A stretch of DNA of 62,538 nucleotides, counting the filler, from Sphacelaria rigidula (Eukaryota): NCBI GenBank assembly GCA_964200075.2. It is 9 parts of 9 records of this genome, joined end to end, with 100 filler letters (N's around TTAATTAATTAA, not from the genome) between each part and the next. Parts side by side here need not be neighbours in the genome. Positions count along the whole stretch, not along the records: positions 1 to 6,860 come from CAXNAA020017715.1; positions 6,961 to 13,820 come from CAXNAA020017716.1; 7 more parts are not named here. One strand, given 5' to 3'. A model generated the notes under the pieces. The model was not told the origin of the DNA and did not search any database. It worked only from the letters and a program-made list of their open reading frames with translations. Position numbers and translations under genes: made by a program. The first letter of the stretch is position 1. The number at the start of each line of letters is the position of its first letter. Shown here piece after piece: positions 1 to 12,180 of the stretch.

Positions 1-9
1 GTTGCTTAA

Positions 10-110
10 CCCTTGGACCGCGGTGCCGGTTGTTCATCTGGACCATGTGTACGTTTTCAAGTGAATATTGATGCCCCTTCAGCAGGTGACCTACTCTCGC
101 GGTCTAACGG
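10..110. mobile_element. 101-bp piggyBac-like MITE
   Basis: TTAA at 6-9 and 111-114 flank 13-bp TIRs: CCCTTGGACCGCG vs reverse complement CCGTTAGACCGCG (11/13 match). Confidence 0.7.
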
Positions 111-517
111 TTAACTCCTCCTGCGGAGTATTGGGGAGGAAGATACTTTCGCTCTGTTACTCTCTCGTATCTTCCCTGCAATAGAGGAATGCGACTTCAA
201 CCCCATTTTAGTGTTGAACCCCAAAATTTGAAATCGGCTGTAAATTCTAACCAGGATTCGGAAGCACAAAAGCCTCAACGATGACTCAGCAAAATATGGC
301 GAAAACGCATCCTTCAATACATTGCGAAAAACGAAAAACAGTACACGGCGAAGTGAAAACCTCGGCGTGTGAAGACGCAAAGCGAAGCCTTCCCCGATGT
401 TTACTTTCTATACTGTTGCTTGAGTATCAAGACACTCTCAACTGAATGTTCAGCAGTCGTCCAGCCCCTCCTACCACAACATTATTCCCGAGTGTATAAT
501 CAGGAACCAAAACCTCC

Positions 518-692
518 CCCCGGTTCTGCACACAAAGGGGATCGACGCAAATTTCTTTTGGTCACAAAATCAAAATACACCGAATCACCAAAAAAAAAAA
601 AAAACTCCCGGATATGCAGACAGGGGGAAGTAACGCCAAACTCGAACCCCCCTCCCCCGGTTATTCACACAGAGGGGATTAACGCCAAACTC
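518..692. repeat. Three imperfect ~36-bp direct repeats
   Basis: CCCGGTTNTNCACACANAGGGGATNNACGCNAA-like motif at ~518, ~606 and ~655, next to the point where the Copia is truncated. Confidence 0.7.
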
Positions 693-737
693 TTTTGGGC
701 ATGATATAAAAAAACGACAAATTGCCAAATAAAACCA

Positions 738-2105
738 CGGTTTCGCGGAGAGTGGCGTCGTTTGCGTGGCCGAGGGCATAGTGCAAGTCATTAATTCTGA
801 TGCTTCGCTGTCGGCCTGGCCGCATCACGGCTGCCACCATGGCAGGTGGCCCACGAGAACCCGGTGTCACACGCATAGCCTGCACGTAGTTCCCGTTCTT
901 GACCTTTGCGAACTGCACACGCCCACTAAGTATGTGTGCCCCGGTCTTGTTGAGGACAATAACCTCTGACTCCTGGATAGTATCCAAAGACATGAGTCGA
1001 TATCATAAACCAGGTACGTAAGACACGTCCCTCAATGTGATGGCAACGTCTTCGTTACAGTATAGTACCAAGTCCAAATCTCCCATGAGCTTCACCTCCC
1101 TCTCCTCGCCGCTGCCCACAATTAAGCGAGATTTCTCCGTGGTTGGAGTGCGGGTGTTGTACATGTGCGTTGTATCACTGGTGCCGTGTACAAACGCTCT
1201 ACTGTCACCGACCCACCATTGCGCCTTACCAATGCGATGCTTGGATACGGCCAGCAAAGCATGGTGATAACGGGATGATGGCTGAGTGAGAATGTGAAGG
1301 GCAGGACTAGCCCTTGAGCAAACGTGCTTGTCCTCTGCTGATAAATCTGGAGGAATCTCAAACGTTCCAGGAGGCGGATCATCCTCATGCTCAACCACAT
1401 AGCTGCCATCAATGTATTCCTCTATGGCACCATCAGAGCCGCGGCCGCCAGTAACAGCTTCGTCAACGTAACTAGTACCATTGTTATTGTCACCGTCTCT
1501 GCCGCCGCCTCCGTGGCGAATACCGCTCGTGCAGTCGCTGTTACTGTACCGTTATGCATGAACGGGAGGAGCATTATTGCTGTCACCGTTGTAGATGCTG
1601 CTGACACCAATCCCATCGTTGTCACGGCTGAAATCGGGAAGTTCCTGTTGAGGCCACAGTTCATTGTTGCCCCCAGGACCACAGAAGTGTTACAGATTTA
1701 TTGGCCATTCTCCAGTCGACTAGGTTCCATGTGTCATGCTTTGTCATGCTTGGTACCTGATGGGTCATACTACATTTTGAGGTAGATTTGAGCTGTCTTC
1801 CCTCATGTGTCACAACGTTTTGGACTAGCATCTCTCAGCATAGCAACGCAGAAGTTAGCCTGTAAGCCAATAATACAAGAGCATCTACGCCATCACGGAC
1901 TGCGGTATCAGAGGGATCTCTGGCCTTTCCACAATGTAAGCCCGACCTCCATGCAACATTTCTTGTTCTGGCGTCCGAGCAGCTCATCGGGTATGCAGCC
2001 CGACGCTGCGAACATGGGGGTGACTCCGCACTCGGTGAAGTCGAACTGGACACCCATTCTACTAGAAATAGAGCCCACGCGCCTTGGCTCACACATGTGC
2101 CCGTA
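738..2105 (-). mobile_element. Truncated Ty1/Copia internal region (decayed gag, aspartic protease, GAG-pre-integrase)
   Basis: WWVGDSRAFVHGT (W.xDSGA..H protease motif), LRDVSYVPGL, then DLHYALGHANDATLRET. Homology stops at ~738. Minus strand TAACA|TACGGGCACA at ~2106 resembles an LTR end plus a TATGGGCCCA-type PBS. Confidence 0.85.
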
Positions 2106-2544
2106 TGTTACCAAATGGGGAGCAATCAATAACAAAGTGACGAAAGAAGAAAATAGGAACACTCGAAATTCATGACTGAAACGTACGGTAGCAGCGATAT
2201 ATAGTTACTTATTTTCCCTTATTTCATCACCGCATTCCTCTCGCAATAATATCATACACCACATCACACAACGGCTATTTGTAAACGTCGATGGCTGCAG
2301 TCTTTTTTTGGTTCCTCCGTTCCAGCTTAGGGCGCTCAAGTTCCCGGCGAGGTAGCTCATTCCAGTCTCCGTCTTCGTATCGTATTCGCCGAAAGAAATT
2401 CCCATAATCATACACATGGCGCTTCAGTTCGGCGCTGCTATAGCCTTTTCAGGAGGTAGCACCTATGGGCAAAAGCTTCAAGGCATCACTACGTGGGGGA
2501 GCGGGGTGCTTCGAGTGCGATGGCGGGGTCGAAGAAACTGTGGG

Positions 2545-3030
2545 ATGATACAGGTGCAAAAGGCTCATGACGCAGTATGGAGCAATGGGTTGTGGGGAAA
2601 TAAATGAGGAACTGGGATCAAAGGAAAGGTGTGGACGATGAAGACGACAGAAATGTGCCAAAAGCGCGATGATACTAAACAGGGAAATATGTAAATATTT
2701 TGATATTTTGCAAGGAGTCGCACCAAGATATACGTTATCACCCTCTCTACTCGAGGTATTCTTTGATGGTCTGATACTAGCATTAGACGCGGCAAAGCAA
2801 GGAGTGAAGTTGCTGAGGAAATTGAAAGCAGTGCAGCTGGCAGCAGCTAAGAGAATACTTTGATGCGGAAACGGTGCAAATGGCAGCAGGTAAAAAAAAA
2901 GAATACGTGGATGCTATAAAACTAGTAGAGAATACTTGGCTGCAGTGAAGTTGGTGAAGGGGTTGGAAACAGTACAGACAGATTACAGCAGCTAAGGAAA
3001 TTACTTGGATGCTCGAAACAAATGAGTACG
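2545..3030 (+). mobile_element. Internally deleted LINE reverse transcriptase fragment
   Basis: VQKAHDAVWSNGLW, GIKGKVW, KYFDILQGVAPRYTLSPSLL..LDAAKQGV, then a jump to AVQLAAAKRIL. Stops and frameshifts are present. Confidence 0.85.
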
Positions 3031-3089
3031 CCCCCTCCCTTTTGAAGTCTTCCCCTTTCCCCCACCCGCCAGTGCCTGCAACCGTCCCC

Positions 3090-3300
3090 TATAGCCTCTG
3101 CCAGACGATCTGGACAAGAGGACTATCCACGAGGGACTCCTCCAGTAGCACTGGCCTCGTGCTCAACAAGTCCTTTCTTTTCACTTGTTATTACCTCGGA
3201 GTAAGCAGCTGCAACCCGTCAGGAATGGGCTACACAACAAGGGTCAACATCCAGGATTCTACGTACTACATTCACTACGCCTTGGTATATTTTGGCTACA
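3090..3300 (-). repeat. 3' LTR of Gypsy family G1 (211 bp)
   Basis: Minus strand TGTAGCC...GGCTATA, preceded by the purine-rich tract GGGGGTGC. Homologous to 35223-35480. Confidence 0.88.
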
Positions 3301-6300
3301 GCACCCCCAAAGCGAGTTCAAGACAAACGGACGAGCTTGACAACCAACAAAAAACCAAGGCGAGTTCGCATGCTCCAAATCACAAAGAAATGCCATACTC
3401 CGACGCTAGCAATGCTACAGTAGGGGTGCACTTTTTTCGCGAATTTTTGTCTGGTTCAGGGGCTCCTAACAATTCTAGATGCACAAGAATAAGGGTCAGG
3501 ATATCCCCGTTTGCAGATTCATTCGGGATATCCCAAGCACATTGAAATAGTAATCCTGGCTTACTCTCGCATATTTTCATAAGTCGTGTTTTGGATGAGA
3601 GAAAGAGCTCCTTACAATTCTAACCTCAGAAATGTTTTCTGTACCCCTACCGTAGCATCACTCACGCTAATTCACTTGCCAGCGCCCGAGTCAAGCTCAG
3701 TTTACGCAATTCCTGCGCCACAACTTCAGGCGCAGAAATATTTATCTTCCGAAGAGACTTCTACGTACCTTCTTCAGCACCGAACCCATCTCAATCGACC
3801 AAAACAATAACATGACCATTGCTTCAGAACCATTCGACCAATGGGTATACGCAACATCAAATGGGTGCACCTCCAGCGCGCAACTCTGCTGCGCAATTCT
3901 TGTACTTGGTTCTTGAAGGGCCTGGCGGTATCACTAACCCACACACGCCGCACCCCCAAAGTCTTGCGCCATTGCAACAAATACTCAGCCGTAACCTCGG
4001 CAGTGCACGCCTCAGTTGGTTCCAACCAAACGAAATTCGACAAATCATCCGGGATAACAAACGTACAGCAAACAATCAGGCAGTTAGTACCGTCAAGTTT
4101 GCTACTTCCGGGGTACAAAAATCAAATTGACTAACCTCCCCTGGCGCAATACCTTGAACAGTATCGCCAAAAACGTGCCACGGGTAAGGATCAGTTTTCA
4201 TACGTGCATAATTTATTTGATCCTCAAACACACGAAAACTCGTGTGATCTCTGCTCACAGACAACGAACCTACGGATGTCGTAGTTTCATCTCATTTTCA
4301 CGTCATCAGCAGTAGTCACCGTCTCCTACAGTCAGTACGAGCTTCATTTCATTCAACATTCAGCAGTATTTTGTTAACTGCTTCACCCTGACGGTCATCA
4401 GACACCATGCACATCAGTAGCATTCGAGCAAAAATTCCACACATGCATGCCAAGATCCCACTCAGCATACGAAAATTCGTGCATGCATGCCAATATTTGA
4501 CTCAGGACCTGCAATGCAACCCGTGTTGCACAAACCATGCATCATGCATGCTATTCAGAGCAGCACAACGCACGCACACCAAATTCTACGCCTACACCGG
4601 CATTTCCAGCGAACGCAAACCGAGCACACCCGCTCTACTGTTATGCTTCATGCGCGAACAGCAACACAAATATGACCCTAAAAGCACACTCTATAACAAC
4701 CTTGAATCGTCAGAAAACGATTCGGAAATACCAGTCATCATATGTGTCCTCATGATGTATCTCAGCATGCCACCAACCAAACAGCATATCTTTACTGCCG
4801 AACCAATCCAACAAATACTCTGCCTCCACAGAAGCTCGCGCATCGACGATTTCTCCTGTTTCACTCGCTTTCTAGGCGAAACAAGAGGGGGAACGGGAAC
4901 AACCATACAGTCCCGCATAGCAACAGCTCTCGAGGGTACTACACCATCCTCATTGAGCACCTGACCTGACATCATATGAGAAATATCACGCATCATTCGC
5001 TTACATTTACGATGGGACAACGGCGAAATGACCATCCGAAATCTACGATCCATCAGTACCTTATTAAACGTTCTCACCGCACAATTCTTCACATGCCACC
5101 CCGTATCGCCGACCCATACCTCCGGCGACCCCATCGCTTTTGCTCTGAACCTTGTCAGAAAATAATCCACCTTCTTCGCCTCCACACTAGACTCCGCGGG
5201 CTCCAACCACTCGAAGTTGCTCACATCGTCTTTGATCACCAAATGATCTTGGATCGGATCTCCGTCGTCCAACCCACCATTTTCCAGCTGACCACTCGCT
5301 TCATCGCTGAGGAAATTGAATTTCATCATCTCCTCCGGGCGAGTATCATGCACCTTATCCCCACCATGCACCACATCCTCATGGGGAGGGCGAATGTGCG
5401 CCCCCACCTCGGATTCGCTCACCCGTCGGAAGCAGAATTTTTCGGGCATTTCCATCGCCTCTCTCTCCAAGCTTGACTGCAAACTGCAGTATAGAAACCC
5501 AAACGCCACCACAACTGCAACGCACGAAGCTAGCCACCCGGCCTTCACCGGATCGTTGCAATTGGGCTGGACCTTCGCAGCCGTCGCTTGTGACTGTGGC
5601 TGCACCCTCATAGGCGGTACTGCTCCACTCTCAGGAACTTCCTCTTCCCTTCCACCTTTATTCTTTTTGCTCTCACTTTGAAGCGACCACTTAGGGACGA
5701 TCACCCGCCTAGCCGAAAGATAACTAGGTTTGCTCACGCCGGTCTGCACCGGCACAGCACGCGGGCGTAACGTTTCCAAAGCCAGCGGATACAAATCTAC
5801 CCCGAGTTCCTTCATAGTCGCCATGCCAAACAACATCACGTCGTGGTTGCTAGGCATGATCGCGAAAGTGATTGGGGACATCTCCACAGCACCCCACGGC
5901 GTTCGCACGCTTACAGCAATAGGCACCGTTATGAGAAGTAGTCACGGGCGCACCCGTGGCGCTCTGTGCCATTTGCGGTCCATTTCCAAATGGTAGCTGT
6001 CGTAGCAACCCCACACTTATTGATGTGAGTGCTGATCCAGAGTCGAGAAAAACGCGAGCCATAAATGAAACAACAGAACCGGGTATAGATAGATCGGCGA
6101 ACAAGCATTCTGCGCTCCGGTCGACAGGCACCACACCTGCCGAAGAAAAACTCTGCTTAGTACCTTGAGTCACTTGACGCTAAGGCAGCGCTCCAGCGCT
6201 TGACATCGGTGCTTTTGCGTTCGTCGCAACAGTGGAACATACACAAGACAATCCTGCCGGGCCTATGGGTTGCGAGCCTTCCGCTCCAGCACTCCCCACC

Positions 6301-6785
6301 GAAGTACTACCTCCTCCCACATATCTTAGCCGCCTCGATACAGATGAACCTAGAGATCTAGCGTCATCACTTGAAAACGCACTTGAGGACACAGTAGCAG
6401 CGGAATTACATCTCTCCGTCGCTTGATTTCGTTTTTGGCCCCTGCCTCTGCACCCGTATCTCTGGTTGCGCCGACCTTGTCCGCCACAACGCCCGCCTCG
6501 AGATCTTGACCTATCTCGCGCATTTCCTTGCGCAGCGCCTTTAGCGCGAGGCTTGAGGCAACTTCGTAAAATTTGCCCATGGTCTCCACAATTGTAACAT
6601 AGACGAGTAAACAACGCTCGCGAAGTCGGCAGCTGTTTCTGTTGCTTACGTTCGTCATACTTTGACGTTTCTAACGGTTTATTCCAAACCAGCGGCATCG
6701 TTGCCGCTTGAGCCATGTTCTCTATAACGCAAAAACCACGGATAGACTCTTGCCTTACTTGAGCGTCCCTCCAGCGGAGTGTGTT
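3301..6785 (-). mobile_element. Gypsy G1 copy 1: multiply deleted and rearranged gag-pol with a chromodomain-like C-terminus
   Basis: gag ATG at 6716 with a degenerate zinc knuckle CYNCGDHGQILRSC; protease VFLDSGSALT; start of RT; two integrase-core blocks (DDVSNFEWLEP near 5200, DDLSNFVWLEP near 4030); tail APEVVAQELRKLSL..ASEYGISL*. No YxDD core or RNase H is recognisable. Confidence 0.9.
3409..3661. mobile_element. 253-bp TIR MITE inserted in the end of the Gypsy pol
   Basis: TIRs GCAATGCTACAGTAGGGGTGCA / GTGATGCTACGGTAGGGGTACA; imperfect 8-bp flanking duplication CGACGCTA / TCACGCTA. Confidence 0.8.
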
Positions 6786-6962
6786 CCTCCAAACAACAAC
6801 AAATTGTGAGAATTGAGGTTTAACTTCGAGATGAGGCTCAAGCCTAAAACAGTGCTTTCCNNNNNNNNNNNNNNNNNNNNNNNNNNNNNNNNNNNNNNNN
6901 NNNNTTAATTAATTAANNNNNNNNNNNNNNNNNNNNNNNNNNNNNNNNNNNNNNNNNNNNGG

Positions 6963-9900
6963 ATGGGAAGGCTGCACCCTTCCCGCGAGACCAACAAGCA
7001 AGGCAAGTACCGTGAAAGACGTGCTGAGGAAAAATCGGAGCATAAACAACAGCTCGCCCGTAAAATTAGAAGGCGCAACAGAACAAAAAGGAGAGCAGAG
7101 CAAAGAGGAAGACGCGTGAATATAGAGAAGGCTAGAGCTAGGACACATGGTGGGGAGCTCAAAGTGGCCACCCATAACGTCCGTACACTGTCCTTCACGG
7201 GAAAGAACGGAGCTGGCCATGCTGAGGTAGTCCTGAAAAAATGTCATGCAGTCGGATGCGATGTCATCGGGCTACAGGAAACGAGGAGATCAGGTCGATC
7301 CGAATTTTGTGCGGCGGGACACCGCGTCTTTTGTTGCGGGGCAGAGGGGGGCAAGGGAAGGGCTGGTCAACATGGGGTTGGGTTGGCAGTCAAGGAGTCG
7401 ATCATCAGCAAGGAGACGCGGACTCAGGCTCTCATCAGCGAACGCCTCATGTCGATGACTTTCGACCTAGCGGGTAAATCAAGTGCTGCCAGGTTTGCCG
7501 TTGCATACGCCCCGACAGACACTACACAGTCAAAAGAAGAGAGATGTGTTCTGGACTGAGTTAGACGGAATTGTGAACTATATCCCCCACAAGCATCACT
7601 TGTTTATTTTAATGGACGCTAACGCGAGGACTGGACGACGAACAGGCGAGGAGGAACGTATAATTGTAGGAGCATACAGTCGAGATTCCCGATCCAGCGA
7701 CAGAAACGGCAATTCTTTAGTCCGATTTGCAGGCGACAACAGACTTTCCTTGGTCAACACGTTCTTTTCCACCCCCAAGGGAAACACCTCGCGTACGTTC
7801 AACGGTGTTGCAAATCGCCCCGCGGACAGAAAACGCATTCACTACATCATCACACGGCAAGATCACCGCAGGCTCGTTCGCTATGTCACAGTCCACCTTC
7901 AACCCCCCAACTCGCCGGACTCTGACCACAACTTCATGTGCGTCTCAGTGCGGCTCCTTGGTCGCTTTGCACACAACAGACCTAGACGAATCCCAATTGG
8001 GCGTACATCGATCGACAGACAGGCAATAGCACCTGACCCCGTCAGACGTGAGCAGCTCACCCAGCTCATCATCAGCGAGCTCGAACAGAGTATGCCTGGT
8101 GATACAGTTAGTTCACTGGCTACGAACTTTGCCGACGTACTCTTGAGTGCCACTGAAAAAGTGGTACCCCGTCTGACCCGAAAGCCACGTATACCGGGAT
8201 GGTTCGAGGATGCTGAAATCAGAACGGAATTCGAACTCGCTTGGATGGAGAGAAAGGGCGAGATCAACGGTGAGACTGGGGTCATCTCGAGATAAACTCG
8301 CATGGCGCACATTGTGAGCAGCTTGCAAAAAATTCAAAAAGGTGATCCAAGTTGAGGTTGACAAATATATGGATGTGTATGCTAGAGAACTAGAGGAGTA
8401 TACTCGAGCGGGGAACATGAGAAGATGGTACAGACATCTCAACGGAGGATGGAGATGGTCTGGACGACCAATCGAGAGCGAACAGTACATTCGAGATGAG
8501 GGCGGCAATTTATTGCGGGACAGCGGTTTGATCGGTGGGAGATGGGAACGGTACTTTTCTACATTGCTGAACGCCATATCGGCAACTATCAACGGCACCA
8601 TTATCGAGAAGATTGCTCAGCGACCAATAGGGTTGTCACTAGGAGACCCACCAAGCATAAGTGAAACTGAGGAGGCTCTGAGAGCTATGTCGAACGGCAA
8701 AGCAACCGGTCCGGATAGTATTTCTGCTGAAATCCTGAAGCTTGGACTCAGCGGGGAGGCGTCGAACATTCTGTACCACTTCCACGACATCGTCTCTGCG
8801 GTTTGGACACCTGGCGAGGTGCCGCAAGAATGGAAAGATGTCACCATCAAAGTGCTACACAAAAAACAAGATAGGACCCAGTGAAGTAACTACAGAGGCA
8901 TTTCACTTGTGGCACATACTGCTAAAGTTCTCCTCGAAATCGTAGCTAACATGCTCAGTGATTTTTGTGAGAGAATAGACGTCTTCCCGGAAGAGTATTG
9001 TGGATTTAGTACGCCTACTCCAGGAGTTGGGACGGGCGAGCAACATCCCAATGAACATGTGCTTCATCGATCTGCAGAAAGCCTACGATTCTGTAGACCG
9101 CACGCTCCTGTGGGATGTGCTTGCTCAGTTCGGAGTCCCGTCGCGAATGGTCAAGATCATCCGTATGTTGCACGACGGCATGCGTGCTCGAGTACAGCTA
9201 GATAGTGGCGAACTATCAGCGTGGTTCGACGTCTGCCGGGGACTCAGACAAGGTTGCGTTTCGTCTCCGTTGCTGTTCAACATCTTCGGAGCAGGCTTGG
9301 TGAAAGTGACCGTCCAGCGGTTTGCGGCGGACCCACTCATCGCCTCAGACTTGGTCTTTCTAGATGATGCGCCACAAGGTGTCGGTGGTGAACCCGTGGA
9401 AGAGACACCATTGGAAAAGGTGCGACGCGCGGTCTGAGCAATGCTTTATGCGCACGACGCCGGTATAGCCTCGAATACCTCAGAGGGCCTTGCTCGAATG
9501 ATGGCCGTGATAGTGATGACCTACCGGGAATTCGGCCTGATGGTCTCCGAGAACAAGACAGAGTTCATGCGCCTTTGGTCAGTACCCAGTCCCACGGAGG
9601 CCACCTGGATATCAAAGCTGCCGGTCAACGGTATAAGCAGACGGGGAAGTTCATCTACCTTGGTGGAGCCATCAGCGCGGATGCGAAAATGTCCATCGAA
9701 ATCGACCGCCGCATCAGCGCGGTGTGGGCGCATATCCAAAAATATAGCTCCCAACTCCACGACCAACCCAACGCCGAGCTATCCTTGAAAGTTCGACTGC
9801 TTAAAGCGGAGGTGGTTGAAGCTCTGTTGTATGGGTGTGCCACATGGACGCTACGTTCTGAGGACTTCCACAGTCTGCGCACTGCCCATCACAGGATCTT

Positions 9901-10813
9901 GCTGCGAATGGTTGGATTCCGCAGGAGCGATCGAAATGGCTACAAGACTCTTTCGTACAGAGCGGTGCTTGAGATGACCAACTGCGAACGTATCAAGACG
10001 ACTATCCGCAAACGTCAACTCTGGTTCGCGGGGGCCCTTGTCCGGCAGAAGGACTCACGCCTTCCCAAGCGTGTCATGAACGCTCGGCTTTCCACACGAG
10101 GACCCAAGGAGGTCGGCCGCCCCCGCAAGCAATGGGAGGATACCCTAAAGGAGAACCTACGTGCGCTAGGGGCTGTCCCGCACAAAGGAGCCCGACGAAA
10201 GTGGTTCGTCTACGGTATAGAGGTTAACAATGCATACGATTGGGTCATTGCGGCGAAGAACCTGGGCAAATGGCATATTTGAGCCGAAAGGGAGCGGAAA
10301 CGTTTGAGGACACGTGGCGACGCGCGGACAAGCAAGAATCAGACCGCCGTCACAAGTAAGAGGCTGTTTCGTCGAGGGCTGCCAATCGGAGAATCCTGTC
10401 TGCTCATATCGGTTGTTGATTATGTCCTTAGTCGGTGGCCCTGCGGTGCCCACTGGTGTGTATCTGTATTTACTCTGCTGCCCTGAATCCCTTGGGCCTT
10501 TTCCTTTTTTTTTCTTCGTTTTATTAGTTTTTATTTTTGTGATCTGTACTTTCCTCTTTTTTTTTTCTTTTTTTTCCCCTAAGCTCGGCCATTTATTTCT
10601 ATGCTTTGCTTGTGTTGACTTTTTTTATTACTTTTTTATTCTTTTTTTGTTACGACCTAGTCTGCTGTGTCGTTCTGTCCGACTTTTTTTTTTCTGTTCC
10701 TTCTTTTTTTCAGAGCGTCTTTTAGTTTCGTTTTTCTTGGGTACGTCTATCATGAGACCACAGCTGAACCCCTGGGGGGTCAGTTAAAGTGCGACAATCA
10801 ATCAATCAATCAA
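6963..10813 (+). mobile_element. Near full-length RTE-clade LINE (APE endonuclease + RT), pseudogenised
   Basis: APE motifs ATHNVRTL, DVIGLQETR, GVG, YAPT, MDANAR, SDH. RT motifs [42 protein letters not shown] (YADD mutated), YLGGAIS, LLYGCATWTL. T-rich 3' UTR and (TCAA)n tail. Several frameshifts and stops. Confidence 0.96.
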
Positions 10814-11512
10814 CCGTTCATTCCCTATCGGGTGATCTTATGCATAATTTTTCGCTCAATTTTGTCCTTGGTCGGTGGACTCGCGGTGTTTCCTAATTGA
10901 TGTGTTCGCGCCTGCTCTACTGTACCCTGTCCTTGGGCTTCATCACTTCTACAGTCTCCTCTTCTATTTTCCCCTTTTCTCCCCATATCTCTGTCTCTAT
11001 CTCTGTCTATGCGTGTGAAAAATCTTTCGTCCCGGTGTACGCAAGTCGCCGTTCGGTGCCTCATTTCCGTAGGGTTCACAAGTGAGAGCTCATACCCAAA
11101 ACAGTGCGGCCGAAACAGATGAACCGTAATCTGTCTCCGCGGCTGTTTCCTTTTTCTCGATCGGGTTTCGAATGCGTGTGCTGTTGCCCAGGACCTTTTC
11201 CCACCCGAAACCATGTTGAAGAGACCGGCCATTTCTAGTTCGTTTTTTTGTTTTTTTGTTTTTTTTGTTTTTTTGTTTTTTTGTTTTTTTGACTGTTTGT
11301 TTGTTTGTTTAGTCCGTTTGCTTTTGTTTGTCGTCGTTTGTTTTTGTTTCATGCGGTCTACTCTTTTGTGCCTGTTTCACTTTTCTGTTTTCTTCAATTT
11401 CTTCTAGAGAGTATTTCCGTTTTATGTTCATCTCAGGTACACCCATCATGTGACCACGGCTGGATTCCTGGGAGATCAGTTAATGTGCGACTATCAATCA
11501 ATCAATCAATCA
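10814..11512 (+). mobile_element. Second, 5'-truncated 3' UTR of a related RTE LINE
   Basis: Shares TTGTCCTTGGTCGGTGGAC with ~10423, a T-rich tract, the terminal motif GACCACGGCTGGA..GATCAGTTAATGTGCGAC and a (TCAA)n tail. Confidence 0.85.
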
Positions 11513-11882
11513 AAGGCAGGACAAACACGGTGCAGTAGTAGCAATTTTGGGTTTCTTCGATGTGGTGTGAGATGCTGCGGTGGCTCGTGGACGGAAGGAA
11601 AGTGGTCTGGTAGCAGTCCGGGGGAAAAAAGAACTCAATGAAAAATCAAACCTAATTTCCCTACCTTTTACCTCCTATAGGATTGGCGCCGGATGGCAAT
11701 GACGCTGTAAAACACGCCACTCACTGCGTAAGCTAGGCAACCAGCTCACCGAGTTTGTTTTGCGCGCTTGCACTGTTTTTGCGGTAACCATTATGGGATC
11801 GAGCTAGATCATACTGTTTGGGGTAGGAGAACCGCACTTGCACGCAAAGAGGATGATCGTGCTACGTAGTGTTTACATGGTG

Positions 11883-12180
11883 ACGCACCCATGAGGCAGT
11901 GTGTAAGCCGTGGCTGTCTCTGAAAGTGGCGATACCAGAATATGAAACAACTCATTGTAGGCTGTCATCCATATGCAGGACATCAGTCCGCTTCGGGCTG
12001 AACAATCTGAGCAGGATACAACTCACCCTTCATGCGGCTCGCCGAACACATCACGGCGCTTCGCGCTTGGTGATCGATATCAAGCTTCGCCCGGCAAAAT
12101 CCCGGCGTGCTCCGTTCCGACTTTTTAGGGATGCGAGATCAATGGGCATATGACTACGGTATGCAAGATTATGAGTTTAC
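11883..12180 (+). repeat. Dispersed repeat family A, copy 1
   Basis: CATGAGGCAGTGTGTAA...CACCCTTCATGCGRCTCGCCGAACA...CCCGGCGTGCTCCGT...CAAGATYATGAG; recurs on four other contigs. Confidence 0.92.

Noticed and set aside
4407-5681. Plus-strand ORFs of 120-185 aa
   Set aside because: Antisense shadows of the Gypsy pol.
6798-6860. Repeat B next to both G1 copies, as a possible part of the element
   Set aside because: It lies inside the 5' UTR in one copy and outside the LTR in the other, and also occurs away from G1. It is better explained as a high-copy repeat that breaks contigs.
10314-11407. Phe-rich and Lys-rich ORFs resembling membrane or basic proteins
   Set aside because: Translations of T-rich LINE 3' UTRs.
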